Assembly (NCBI GenBank): GCA_977017645.1
Contig: OZ360225.1
Location: forward strand, 186,310,001 to 186,374,000
Length of the DNA: 64,000 bases
Reading direction: 5' to 3'
Source: Torpedo marmorata
Taxonomy: Eukaryota
Of the stretch, positions 11,856 through 23,760 are shown in pieces; the first letter of the stretch is position 1; each line of letters begins with the position of its first letter. Under the pieces are notes generated by a model that ran no database searches, was not told the DNA's origin, and saw nothing but the letters and a program-made list of their open reading frames with translations. The translations under genes and the position numbers were made by a program.

Positions 11856-13583
11856 TTCAAATGCATTTGCAAATTGTCAGAAAGTGAAGCAGGTCATGGA
11901 TGCTTGCAAAAACTGGGTAACGTTCAGACATGTGCTGATACATGAAAATAAACAGAGTAACGATCACCACTGATCAAGAACTCAAGTAGAGTAACCCCTT
12001 AACTAAATGTGGTGGCTACAAAAGCATGTCAGAGGCAATGTGATGAGCGGCTAACCTCATGACTCGCCTACGCATGTCAGGATTGGCAGGCAGGAATACC
12101 CTCACATGTTTCTGCACAAGTGCTACTCCAATAACATTCAGGTTCTTTGCCGGTCAGGATAAAATAAATTGGTTGGTTGGCACGCCATCCACTAGGCAGA
12201 CCCTTGGGATTGAGGGTGACTCCAATTCTGTGCATGATTTCATTCCATGTGGGTGGCTGTTGCACACCATCTGCCCATCAGTCTTAACAAAAGGTGGTCT
12301 TGGCCTAGTGGCAAGGAAGTCCAAGACAAATAGGGATGAGCAGTTTCACACCTCGCACCACTCGTCTCTTTTCCTTTTCCTATCCATCTCAATTCCCCCA
12401 TCTAGCATCCTTAATGATAGCCATAAAACTCATGGACTAAAAGTCCACCTGGTTCAAATAATATCTTGCAAGGAAGGAAACAAACGTTCAACCCTCACTT
12501 ACTTAGTCTTGCCTCAATGTGAACCCAGATCCACGCGAGATCAGTGTCTGAGCTTTATCTGAATCCCTGATTCACAGCAACTGACGTTGGACAATAAATA
12601 CGGGCTTTGCGAACAATGGCTGTGGCTATGCATCAATCAAAAACACCAGCACCTTCTCAAGGCAAATTAACATTGGGTCAATAGATCTCATCATTGCCAG
12701 GACTGTGCAGAGAGCATAAATAAATTTCAAGTCTTAGGAAATGAGCAAAAAGCGACTGTGGGATAGAAAACTGGCAAGAACAAGTCCTGTCTAAATTTGT
12801 TAATCAGGCAACCTCATTTAACGATCCATTCAAAAACTTGGCCACCTTGTGAAACAGTTTCTGGCACCTGCACATCTGCGCAGTGCTGATGACAGGCTGA
12901 AGACACATGACAGAAATGGTGCATCATGTCTGTAATCCAGCTTGTGAAATGGAGGAAATGTAACAAGTTTGATAACAACCGTTGATCAGGATGCATCTGC
13001 TTTTTTAAGAGGGAGGGTGTGTATTAAACTGAGATCGGAGTCTGATGGAGGGCAGAGAGGTGAAGACAACTTGACAGCAGTCAACTGCTGAAGAAATTAA
13101 AAAGAATAGGACTACTGTGTGCAGTTCTGGTCACCACACCACAGGAAGGACACGATTGTACTGAAAAGGGTGCAGATGAGATTTACCAGGAGTCTTTCAG
13201 TTAGGAGAGACTGGATAGACGAGGCTGAGGGGAAAAGGACATAGAAATGGTAGGTTGTGAGAATCTGTTCTCTTGAAAGTTAGAGGACGTGTTTAAGGTA
13301 ACGGGCAGGAGGTTCAGAGAGGATCTGTGGAAGAGATTTTTCACCCAAAGGGGGTTGGAATCCAGAATATACTGCTTCAGGGAATGATGGTGGCAGAGAC
13401 ACTGGCAACATTTAAGAAATATCCTGATTAGCATTTGAATTAGCGAGGCATACGAGACAACAAAGCAAGTCCTGGTTAATGAGATTAGTATAGATGTCTT
13501 AGCATGGATACTGTGAAATTATGGACCTCCTGATCAGTGGTGATCATTACCCTGTTTATTGTCATGTCTGAATGATACCCAGT

Positions 13584-14107
13584 TATGTTTTTTACATAGC
13601 CGCTGAGTTCCAGAATTTTGTTCCCAAAATTCCAGAACACAGGCTGTGTAAAAGGAACGGAACAGAAAAAATGACTCATTTCCATTCCGATATTTTACCT
13701 CCTGGACCCCTAGAAAGTTTCGCGGATCGCCTGCAGTCTAAACGCAACTGCAGGCGATCGGCAGCAAGGGGCTAATGAATATGATGCTCGATGACGCGTA
13801 AGCCGTTCGACGGTGCAGCGCGGGATTTTTAAATGTGCAGCCTGCAGACGCAGATGATACACGTCACTGACGACATCGACGCAGTGACTCTGTACGTCAC
13901 ACGCAGGGTCTACGTCACGGTCGGCGTCGACGCAGTGTCGTCCCACGTCCAGCTACGTAAGTACCGCAACTCAGTTACTTAGTGTAAACGCACGGTGAGC
14001 GTCCAATTTTTGGAGTTTTGGTCGTTCCTGTGTGAACGACCACTCCAGAGGGTAAGTGTGAAAATTTTCGACGGGAAATTATCATTAGTTATGTGTAAAA
14101 AAACATA
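13584..14107. mobile_element. CpG-rich MITE with TIRs and a 3-bp TSD (PIF/Harbinger-like)
   Basis: Termini TATGTTTTTTACA...TGTAAAAAAACATA. AGT at 13581-13583 and 14108-14110. Recurring tgtaaa/taaacgca internal motifs. The empty site is visible in an inverted paralog at about 11905-11917. Confidence 0.75.
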
Positions 14108-14189
14108 AGTTTTTGCAAGCATCCATGACCTGCTTCACTTTCTGATGATTTGCAAATGCATTTGAACAATCATGGAATGAAAGAATGCT

Positions 14190-14560
14190 TACAGCACAGA
14201 AGGAGGCCTTCCAGCCCATCATGGACGTACCAGGTCTCAAATTTCACACACCAGCCCTTCCTCTACAAATTTTCTTTCATCATACATTATCAATTTCAGC
14301 CCATTCCAGATACTCACCACTCTTTATGTAAAAATGTACCCCACACATCTCCTTTAAAGTTACTCCCACTAACCTTAAATGCATGTTCTCTAGTGTGTGA
14401 TATTTTTACTCTGGGGGAAAAAGAATCTCAACCCTTTCAATGTCTTACATCATTTTCTCAACTTCTATCAGGTCTCCCTTCAGCCTCCTACACTTCAGAG
14501 AAAACCACCCAACTTTGTCCAACCTCATACCCACGAATGCATCCTGGTAACCAGGAGACC
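14190..14560 (-). mobile_element. CR1 3' fragment
   Basis: ttacagcacagaaggaggcc tail on the minus strand. RLDKVGWFSLKCRRLKGDLIEV. Confidence 0.75.
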
Positions 14561-14569
14561 TCCACCCTG

Positions 14570-14960
14570 CTCTGAAATTCACTTGGACCATTTCCTCTGA
14601 CAATTCTCTCCCCTTCTGGATCTCTGTCTTCATCTCAGGAGAAAAGCGATATATTGACATTCATTACATACCCACTGACTCCCATAGCTACCTCGACTAC
14701 ACCTCCTCCCACTCAATCTCCTGGAAGGATGCCTCCCCCTTCTCCCAGTCTCTCCACCTTCGCTGTCTCTGCTCTCAAGATGAGGCCTTCCATTCTTTCA
14801 ATCATATGGCTTCCCGTCTACTGTGGTCAATAGTCATCTCCTGGATTTCCTCTATCTCTCAGAGTTCTGCACTTAACCCTCCCCCCTCCAAACAGAACAG
14901 GGTATAGGGTTCCACATGTCCTCACCTTTCAACCCATCATTCAGTAGATCATCCTCTGCC
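14570..14960 (+). mobile_element. Degraded Penelope-like RT fragment
   Basis: Similar to 25735-25897 and 28044-28290 (cccttctggatctctgtc...cccactgactcccatagctacctcgactacacctcctccca). Confidence 0.8.
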
Positions 14961-15516
14961 ATAATGGGAATGCTTTCACATTCCTATTGTTTCATTAAAT
15001 TCAGGGATGCTATCTAGTTCAAAATAGTAACTGTGGATTAACAACCCAAGTTATTGATTTTCTACAGTTAAGGCAAAATCCTGCTGTTAAAAACCTGTAG
15101 TTAAAATAGGTAATACTGTGAGTAAACAGTGATCCAGGTGGCATTTGTGATTGGATGCCTGTGGCTCAGCTGGAGCACTGGGTTCGAGGCAGGGAGTAGC
15201 AGAATGTGCGGCACATAAGAATGCTGCACAATCATTATTGATTTTCTAACGGAAATTGCAAAGAATGGATTTTTGTTTTTAATTTCATCGACAACATTGT
15301 TTACTCAATGTAAAAACAGTAAACATTGAAAACACTCAGTTGGTCAGACAGAGCTAATGTTTGCGTTTGAAGACCTTCCGCTTCAAATGCTGACTGTTTC
15401 TCAGTCCACAGATAGTGCCTGGCTCACTGAGTAGTGCCAACTTTTGCTGTGCTTTTTTGTTCAAATTTTCAGCATCTGTATTTTTTTTTCAGTATCCAAC
15501 AACAGTTTATCCTCTG

Positions 15517-16395
15517 TGTTGGAAGCTTGTGTTTTTAGTGAGTGTTACTTTGGGGGTTGATTCAGGGTGCAAAACACACACAGAGTTCATAACATTTTCC
15601 AGACACCATGGCACCTAAGTCCAAAACCATAAACAGAGTTAATGCTCTCAACTAAAAACCAGAACAATGGATTGTTTACCTAAGGAAGGACATCTGGTGA
15701 GAGAGAAGTCATCTGATTTATGAGTCTTGTTTTTGAAACAGAAACTGAAGGCAGTATTGATCAAGCAAGTCATCTAAAGACAGAAATGAAGTAACTTTGT
15801 GTGAGATGGATACTTCTGCTGTTTCTCTTTTGTCAGGGAAAAGTGAACCACCGTGACCATTCTGATGGTCAATTTGATTGACCCATATCTGGGTAAAAGA
15901 AGCAGGATCATTCCTGTATTTGGATCGGGACCATTCTGATCGTCCTTTCGTCTGACCCTTGCCTGGGTTTGTTTGAAAGCATCGTGGAAGTCCCACATTT
16001 TGTTTCCCCTACGAAAGGAAGAGGGGAGTTGTGAGAACCATTCCTATGAAAAGACATTTCTCTGGAAGCAACTCGACAAGGATTTGTGAGTTAAAGGCAG
16101 TCTGATCACACAGTCTCATCTCCTTCATTACTTCTGAGTATCAGTTTAAAAAGTTTGAATTTCAGCACAAGACTTCTAAGACTGAGCTTTGGGAATTGAC
16201 TTTCCAGAATTCTGCCTAAGCTGTAATGGTTTGGGCAATCCACACACACACATATATAGGTATATTTGCGCTAATTTGGGGTTAAGTTTAGATTTAAGTA
16301 AGATGTTATATTATTAGTAATTATTAATAAAAATATTGTTTTAAAAATAATGTTGTCTTGGTAAATTTCTATTGCTGCTACTCTATGACGTAACA
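15517..16395 (+). mobile_element. Solo LTR (879 bp) with 4-bp TSD
   Basis: TGTT...TAACA termini. TCTG at 15513-15516 and 16396-16399. AATAAA near the 3' end. Confidence 0.75.
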
Positions 16396-16579
16396 TCTGC
16401 CAGACAGAAACATTGTAATTTTCTCCACAGTCTATGCAATCTGTCCAACAATGTTATTAGTCATATGTACACCCCTGCCTCCACATTCTATCCACAACTT
16501 CTTCTCCCTGATCACCACCAGCTGGAAAAGCAGCTTATCTATACTTATGGAAGGCAAAATTTAAAGTATATCATGTACA

Positions 16580-16990
16580 GAGGTGCCAATGCTAAGGACA
16601 GGAAAAACTCCAGAGGGTTGTTAACTCGGCCTGCGACATCACGGGCACCAGACTTCACTCCATCCAGGACATCTACAAGAGGTGGTGTCTTACAGAAAGC
16701 AGCCTCTATCCTCAAGGACACCCACCACCCAGGTCATGCCCTCTTCACTCTGCTGCTATCAGGAAAAAGGTACAGGAGCCTGAAGACAAGCACTCAGCTG
16801 CACAAGGACAGCTCCTTCCCCTCTGCCATCAGATTTCTGAATGAACAATGAACCACAGACACCACCTCACTTTGGTTTTTTTTCTTTTTCTTGCATTATT
16901 TTGAAATGTGGTTTATAGAAATGTTTGCACTGCGATGCTGCCGCAAAACAACGAATTTCGTGACATGTTCATAATAATAAATTCTGTATG
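16580..16990 (+). mobile_element. Rex1/Babar-type LINE 3' fragment
   Basis: KAASILKDTHHPGHALFTLLLSGKRYRSLKT...FPSAIRFLN, followed by a 3' UTR ending aataaattctg. Confidence 0.8.
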
Positions 16991-17532
16991 TTACATTTTT
17001 AATGTATTATTACGTGACAAAAAAAGGAACCTTGAACATTGTTTCCAATGCTTACAATAGCACAGAAGAAGCCCATTTGACCACTTTGGTCCATGGCTTC
17101 ACCCAACGGGGCAATCCCACTGGTGCCACCTTTCTCGTCCTTATTTCACTGAAACCCCAGCAACATATTCTATCTCATGCATACCCGTCAATGCCCTTGG
17201 ATTATTTATTGCCATTAGCCGATAATGTGAGATAATTGATGGTAGCCAATAAACCTACCAGAACATCTTGGGATGTGAGAAGAAAGCAGAGCGCCCAGGG
17301 AAAACCCAGATGGTCGACATGCAAGCTCCACACGTGCCCAAGACACTCGATCCGGATTATACAGCAGATGCCCCTTACTCACTTAATGTCGGCATCTGCA
17401 TTATGTACAAGAAAATAGGAGCAAAATGGGAAGCCCCTGTGCTCCTAAAGCCTTCTCCACACTTCAATGTGACCATGGCTGTAAACAAGAAAGTCTGCAG
17501 GTGCTGAAGAAAGTCACGCAGCATCCATAGTA

Positions 17533-18133
17533 CCGTATTTGATGGCATATAAGACCCACCCCCCCCATTTCAGCAGGGAATATTAAGATTTTTTTTTTAG
17601 TGTTTTTATGGGTAAGCATTTAATGTTATTGAAATATGTAGCTACAGTATAGCAGAAAAAAAACCTGGACAAAACATGCAACTCGAACAACAGGAAAAAT
17701 CTTTAATAATAATAATACTGCTGTAATTTACAAGAGAAAACAAAAGCAGCTTAGCTATAGCAGAAAACATTTTATAAAAACAAACTGCCGCTGTCGGTCC
17801 CCATGCTGGTCTCTCTGCCTGCTCTCTCCCGGCAGCCCGCTGTCGGTCCCCACGCCCAGTGCGGGGACCAACAGCGGGCCGCCGGGCGAGTCTCCTGACA
17901 GCCCACTCCCAGCCCCCCCACTGATCCCATTGCCCCGATCCTCCCCGACAGCCCGCCCACCAGCCCCAAACGATAGATGGCGGTGATGCTAGTGAGCCAC
18001 GCAGCGACGATGATCACTGTTGGCGTAACTCACCATTATCACCCTAATTTCAACTTCGCATATAAGACCCGGGGGATATTTTTGAGCCATTTTTTTGGAA
18101 AAAAAAGTGGGTCTTATATACCGTCAAATATGG
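17533..18133. mobile_element. Tc1/mariner-pogo-type MITE (601 bp, GC-rich core) inserted in a minus-strand Penelope tail
   Basis: Imperfect TIR CCGTATTTGATGGCATATAAGACCCAC / GTGGGTCTTATATACCGTCAAATATGG. Left TA intact, right flank AA. Host continues on both sides (about 17483-17530 and 18134-18340). Confidence 0.8.
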
Positions 18134-19179
18134 AATAAGTAAAAAGCAATCAACGTTTCGGGCCTGAGCCCTTTGTCAAGAATGTCAAAAATTAGGCAGA
18201 CACCTGAAAAAAAAGGTGGGGGAGAGGGAAGGAAGGAGAAGGGGGGGAAGGAGCAGAGGCTAACAGGTAAGACGTAATAGGTGGATACAGGTGGGAGGGT
18301 AGAAGAGAAACAAGCTGAGAAGTGATGGGGAGAGGGTTATGGAAGATAGCTCAAAGCTGAACTGGTCAAGACTTAAACTCATCAAAGACTTGAATTACTT
18401 GATCTTTCAAAAATGTATTTACTTCCTTTTTAAATACCTCCTCTGATCTCAATTCCACAGATCTCGAGAAAGAGAATTCCAAAGATTCACCATCCTCGGC
18501 GAGTAGAAATTGCAATGCACCTCAGTTTTGAATGGTATTCCCTCCTGCCCCCAATCCTGCTACCATATCCCTTTGTTGGGAACTCTCACATCATCAGAAA
18601 CACTAACATTCACCCTGTCATGTCCCCCTTAGAATCTTCTAGTTTTCAATAAGATCACCCCTCATTATTGTGCTCTCCAAAGAAAACAGATCGAACAGTT
18701 TTAGCTATTTGTGATATTATTAATTGGTCTAGAGAATCTCTTGTGGACTGCCTTCGCTGCTGGTAAATCATTTTTTTTAAATTCGGGGAGCAAACTGTCT
18801 ATGACTTGAAATTAAACATACCTTAATTTATTTTGTATCTTATAGACTCTCATGACTCCTTTAGTAATTGCTACCTAATGAAATATTTCTCAAATGGTGT
18901 AATGTGATAAAAAGTGTTAAAGCAATTTTTCATGTAATAAAGCCCAAGAACACCAGAAATCACAACGAGATCATCTATTTTGATCCAATTATTTGAGGAA
19001 TAAATGCTGGATCAAGACAATGGGAGGTCACAATTATTCAAAATTACTAAGTGGGAGATGCTGGGCTGTCCTTTGTTTTCCAATTATCTAAGAAGGTTGA
19101 AATTCTCCCTCAGTGTTAGAAGTTACACATTTACATAGAACATGAAGTAAATCACAAAAATCTGTAGACACTGTAGAAC

Positions 19180-19350
19180 ATGAGATGGCAGACAGATTAA
19201 TACATCACCAGAGAGCATCTCAGAAGATACAACACTCCCCCAGCACAGTACTGAAATGTCAGTTTAGGTTATGTGTTGAAGTCTCTGCTGTGGGCCTTCA
19301 ACCTGTGACCTTTTCTTTCAGAAGGAAGCATGCTTCTGCAAAGTCAAGGC
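19180..19350 (-). mobile_element. Deu-SINE 5' head fragment
   Basis: Minus strand reads aggtcacaggttgaaggcccacagcagagacttcaacacataacctaaactgacatttcagtactgtgctggggg. Confidence 0.5.
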
Positions 19351-20039
19351 TGCCGTATCTAATTTCATACTCAGAACACGCTCAGCAGGCAATTAATTAG
19401 TTGCTGTAGACATGACCTTATGAATGCCAACAAAAAAAACATCATCATAAATATATTTTGAAGGAAATGTACCACCAGTAAAGGCTTTAATTGAAGTATA
19501 CACAAGGGAGTGGTGACCTTTCCCCTAGCCAAAGGGATCTGACAATTCCCATAGTTGCTCGGATCTTCAAATTCTCTTCCTAAAACAACTCATTTTGCGC
19601 TATCCCTGCAAGCTGCTACCCAGCCATTCGATGTGGGTCAATCCCCCGTCGTCAACTCATTTTACTGTCAATCATTCACTAAATCTCCAACTGAACTAAA
19701 TTAATGACCACTTGACTGCTGAAATACTCAGCTGGGAAGCTAATATTTTAAAATTAAAATTAATTCATGGATGCAACAAATGAAAAATTCTGTAATCTTT
19801 TTGAATTGTCTTTCATTCATTGGGAAAACTAAAAGGTTAAATAAAAAGTTTCAAATTAGTCCGAAAGTCCAATGACCATTTTGGCTGAAGTGCTTTTTCC
19901 AAAGCAGCTACATTTCCATCAAACACTTGTTGAACCATTCAAGCATCTCTTCCAACGTTTCTCAAGGTGACAAGCTTTGAACAAGTGTTGCACCACAGGA
20001 ATGGGTGCACAGGTCCCAACAATTCACAATACATTTGGA

Positions 20040-20890
20040 GCAAAAGGTGCAAAACTGGGTGGAATTGTGTGTGGTGAGGTTCAAGGCGATTTGGACAAGT
20101 TGAGTGGATGGGCAACTGCATGGTTACACTGGCCATTGTATTTGATCATTCAATGGCCATGATGCAATAGACATGTATTGGATACACTGAAGCCAAATGT
20201 ATCTAATACAATGTATCAAATGGCAACATGGATACATTTGTCCAAGTATCCAGTGAGAAACATGGATAAATGTGAAGTTATCCAGCAAAATAAATGGTAA
20301 GACAGAGTGTTATTGAACATTGACATGGGTGTCCTTATACGTCAGTCACTGAAAACAATCATGCTGTTGAAGAAAGTAAATGGTATACTGGCCTACACTG
20401 CAAGACTACTGGAGGAAGAATGTCTCACTGCAATTACAACATGGACTTGAGTCCACACCTGAAGAACTATATGCACTTCTGGATTCCTTTACAAGCCCAA
20501 TGAAGGTTTGCCAGGCTAATTCCAGGGACGGTGGAAGTATAACATGAGGAGCGATTGGATTGATGAGGCTTGTATTCACTGGAGTTTCGAAGAATCAGAA
20601 GAGTTCACATTAAAAAATACAAAATAATTGACAGGCAGGTTTTGAGGGGCAGGATGCAACAAAGATATTTCCCTTGAATTGGGGCTTTAAAACCAGGACA
20701 GCATAGCCTCAGGATAAGGGGAATGACATCTGAACTGGTGGTTGCCTATTAGATGAATATATTTAATATGGAGATAGTGATATCTCTAGACATAAAAGGA
20801 ATGAAGGGGCATGGTGGGGAGATGGTGTTTAGATAAAGGGCAGTATAGGTTTGAAGGGATTGATGGCCTACTTCTGCTTCTATTTTTCTA
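20040..20890 (+). mobile_element. Old degraded CR1 LINE
   Basis: gatttggacaagttgagtggatgggca (DLDKLSGWA), gataaatgtgaagttatcca, tail gatggcctacttctgcttctattttt. Confidence 0.75.
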
Positions 20891-21067
20891 TGCATGAATG
20901 AGGTTGAGTCGGATCACTAGGGAAAGAGAAGGTTATCTTTTTGCTGCATCATAAACCATCACAATGATTGGTTAAAAGTATGTCTTTCACTTGGAATTAA
21001 GTTGTAACAAATATATTAAGGCTATTTAGACAATACCGATAATTTCAAAAGGGTTTAGGATTTATTT

Positions 21068-21412
21068 AAAACACAGAGAAATGCTGGAGGAACTCAGCCG
21101 ATCTCGCAGCGCCCATAGGAGGTAAAGATGTATTATCGTTGTTTTGGGCCTGAGCCCTTCAAAGTAGGAAGGCATCTGAATAAAGACTAGAGAGAAAGGG
21201 GGAAGAATGGGAGGGGCAGGAGTCCAGACCCAAAAGGTGTTAATTGGATATGATAAGAGGAAAGGTGAGAATTGATTTTGACTCTGTGAAAGGAGACAGA
21301 GGGAAAATGAGAGAGAGAGAGAGAGAGCGTGAGCTGGGGGAAAGGCGACAGGGGGAAGAAGTAGTGTGGGGATGGGGTGGTGGTTTAACGGAAACCAGAG
21401 AAGTCGATGTTA
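21068..21412 (-). mobile_element. Penelope-like 3' tail fragment about 80 nt into the last ADGRB1 intron
   Basis: aaatgctggaggaactcagc...gttttgggcctgagcccttc...ggaaaccagagaagtcgatgttaat is the reverse complement of the 28790-29110 type sequence. Confidence 0.75.
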
Positions 21413-21491
21413 ATTTATTTCACTGGGATTTTTCACATTGGCCGAAGAATATGTGACTCAGGCCTCTTGAAATATAGACATCGATTCTTAC

Positions 21492-21596
21492 TTTGTTGTC
21501 TACTGTAGGAGACTCTCTATCTTTCTCAGCATGTTGAAGTTTCCTGTTTAGATCCTGAAACATATCCTGATGCCGTTTTCTTGTATGCATTATTTT
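21492..21596 (-). CDS. ADGRB1: ADGRB1 coding exon (105 nt) with the RKR ELMO-binding helix
   Basis: ctccctag|AAA ... AAA|gtaaga. Encodes [35 protein letters not shown]. Separated from the microexon by a 98-nt intron. Confidence 0.95.
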
Positions 21597-21694
21597 CTAG
21601 GGAGAGAAAAAGCAAGACATTAGTGAAAATGCACCCTACAGCACCAGGTACAGAGACAGCAATTGAACAAGTGAACCTGACAGAAAGGGCTTAC

Positions 21695-21730
21695 CTCAAA
21701 GTCTAATTCAGCATATCTAGATTTTCTTCT
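21695..21730 (-). CDS. ADGRB1: ADGRB1 36-nt coding microexon (phase 0-0)
   Basis: tttttcag|AGA ... GAG|gtaagc. Encodes RRKSRYAELDFE. Confidence 0.95.
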
Positions 21731-23589
21731 CTGAAAAATAAGTTAAACAATTAGTCAGATCAATTAAAAAATAAATACCAAATTGTAACTGAGATGTGAC
21801 GGCTGATATTTCACAATGATATTTTAATAAGCATAACTCTTCATCATTATCATTATTGTGCTTTTGGGTCCCCATCATTAAGTCTTACCACGTTGTGAAG
21901 AGCCTGGGGAGTTCTGGACAATGTCATAAATTTGATTATATTCTCTAATCCTGCAACCCAAAACCATTCTGCCCAGATTGATGAAGAATAAAGCCTCTGA
22001 ATTGGCATGGTGATCAGATGAATCATTTCAGGCACTCTCAACCCAGTTCCTTCAGGGTGTGAACTTCTGCATACTCTAATTTGGCAATCACATTCTGTTC
22101 TGCCATGGGATAGCTGATGTAGGAAATTAAATAATATCACACTGCAGCAGCAAAAGTCATTCTTATAAGATTAAGCAGAGATAGTTTGATGGTACAGAAT
22201 TTCACTTTGCATCTAATTGCGTTATACCTGACCTGAGAATACTTCATGCTGATACTGACTGTCTGAAATAGAAAGTGTTGAATTAACTTTCTTGATGAAC
22301 ACAACAAAAAAAAATGCAGATATAAAAGGTTATTGAAGTAGCTCTTCCAAAAATGAGAAAACATTACAAACATTTTTCATTTGTTCAGTCACATAACACA
22401 AAGACATAAATCATTCTGAAATGCTGGTCACATTACTTGACGGAGATGTCACTTTCAGTGTAATTGTACTCCATATAAAAATAAGATTTACAAAGCACTT
22501 ACTCAGGGAAATGGTGGACTGAAGTCATTTTGGGTCAAAGCACATTGATAGATGTGAAAGGATCATGTTATATAAAATAGATCAGAGTTTGAACTGTTAG
22601 GATGAGCACTTTAAAATAGCAGCTTTAAAATGACACTGGGCTGATGGATAGGAATCCTCCAACACTGCTCTTTTAGCTTCTGTTTTAATCTGCATGGGAT
22701 GATTCAAATATATTTAACAGTCTTTCAAGTTTCTTTAGGTACAAGATGATCGGATTTAACTGGCATAAATTATACTTCCTGATTTTCTGAAAGCAATCTA
22801 CTTTTTAGATTTAAGAGAAAACCAGTTAAATAATAATGACATGCTCTTATTTAGCACTGATCAATCAAAGAAAAATCAATGGGTACACTAACCTTTCAAT
22901 GGAGGACAACGGTTACTCAATACTTCTGATGAAGAGCATGGCTTCTCTCTCTATACCTGCTGCTTGAACTCCTGAGTATTTCCAACACTTAGTTTATTTC
23001 AGATTTCTGGCGTCTGAGGTTTTTTGTTTGCTTTTCTATTACCCTAAGCATGATGGACACTTTGTTTCAGCCTATTTAACAAGCTGACAATGCTAAAGAT
23101 GGGTACAATACAATAACAACCAAATGACCTTTGCAAATTGACTCATTTTGGTCTACAAATAATAATACTTTTTGGTGATTGTATAATAATTCTTTAAACA
23201 TTCATGCAATTTATATCCATCATGTCTTGTTTCAAATTAGAACATAGAACAGTACAACAGTTACAGGCCCTTCGGTCCACAGTGGGCATTTTTTACGATG
23301 ATCTTGATGATGTGTGATCCCTCCTTAAACAGTCAGTAACCCTTTGCATTATTACATCTATGTTCTTCTAACGTTAACTGCCCATTGGTCAACTGAATGG
23401 GGCTACCTATCCTGCTTTATTCAAACCAGATCATCTCCTCCACTGGCTTCTATTCTTGATCCTTCACTGTTGCCCCTAACTACTCAAGGGTTAACTCCTA
23501 GCCCCATCCTTTATTATCAGCAAGTTGTCCTTTCGCAATATATCACAAAAACCTGGCATTCCATTCCATCTGTGCACGAACACCCAACC

Positions 23590-23760
23590 CACCTTGGGAA
23601 AACTACACTCTACTCCTTTTCATCCTCCTGCCAACCTGCTTTTTGCTTTTACCTTGATGAAGGGCTCAGGCCCGAAACTTTGGTTACCCCGGTATATATC
23701 TTTGCTTCCTATGAACACTGCATGGCCTGCTGAGTTTATCCAGCACTTTTGTGCATTGTT
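23590..23760 (+). mobile_element. Penelope-like 3' tail with hammerhead-like motif
   Basis: accTTGATGAagggctcaggcccGAAActttggtt...gcctgctgagtttatccagcac. Confidence 0.75.

Noticed and set aside
12059-12562. 167-aa ORF and the many other 60-130-aa ORFs
   Set aside because: No recognisable domains. They overlap degraded LINE/SINE fragments or are antisense frames of repeats.
13700-13990. CpG island or internal promoter
   Set aside because: It lies wholly within a TIR-bounded insertion that is absent from the paralogous empty site.
17772-18017. GC-rich ORF or CpG island
   Set aside because: It is the interior of a TIR-bounded MITE with no recognisable protein.
22926-22935. CTGATGA as another hammerhead core
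   Set aside because: No stem II or GAAA follows; at most a decayed tail remnant.
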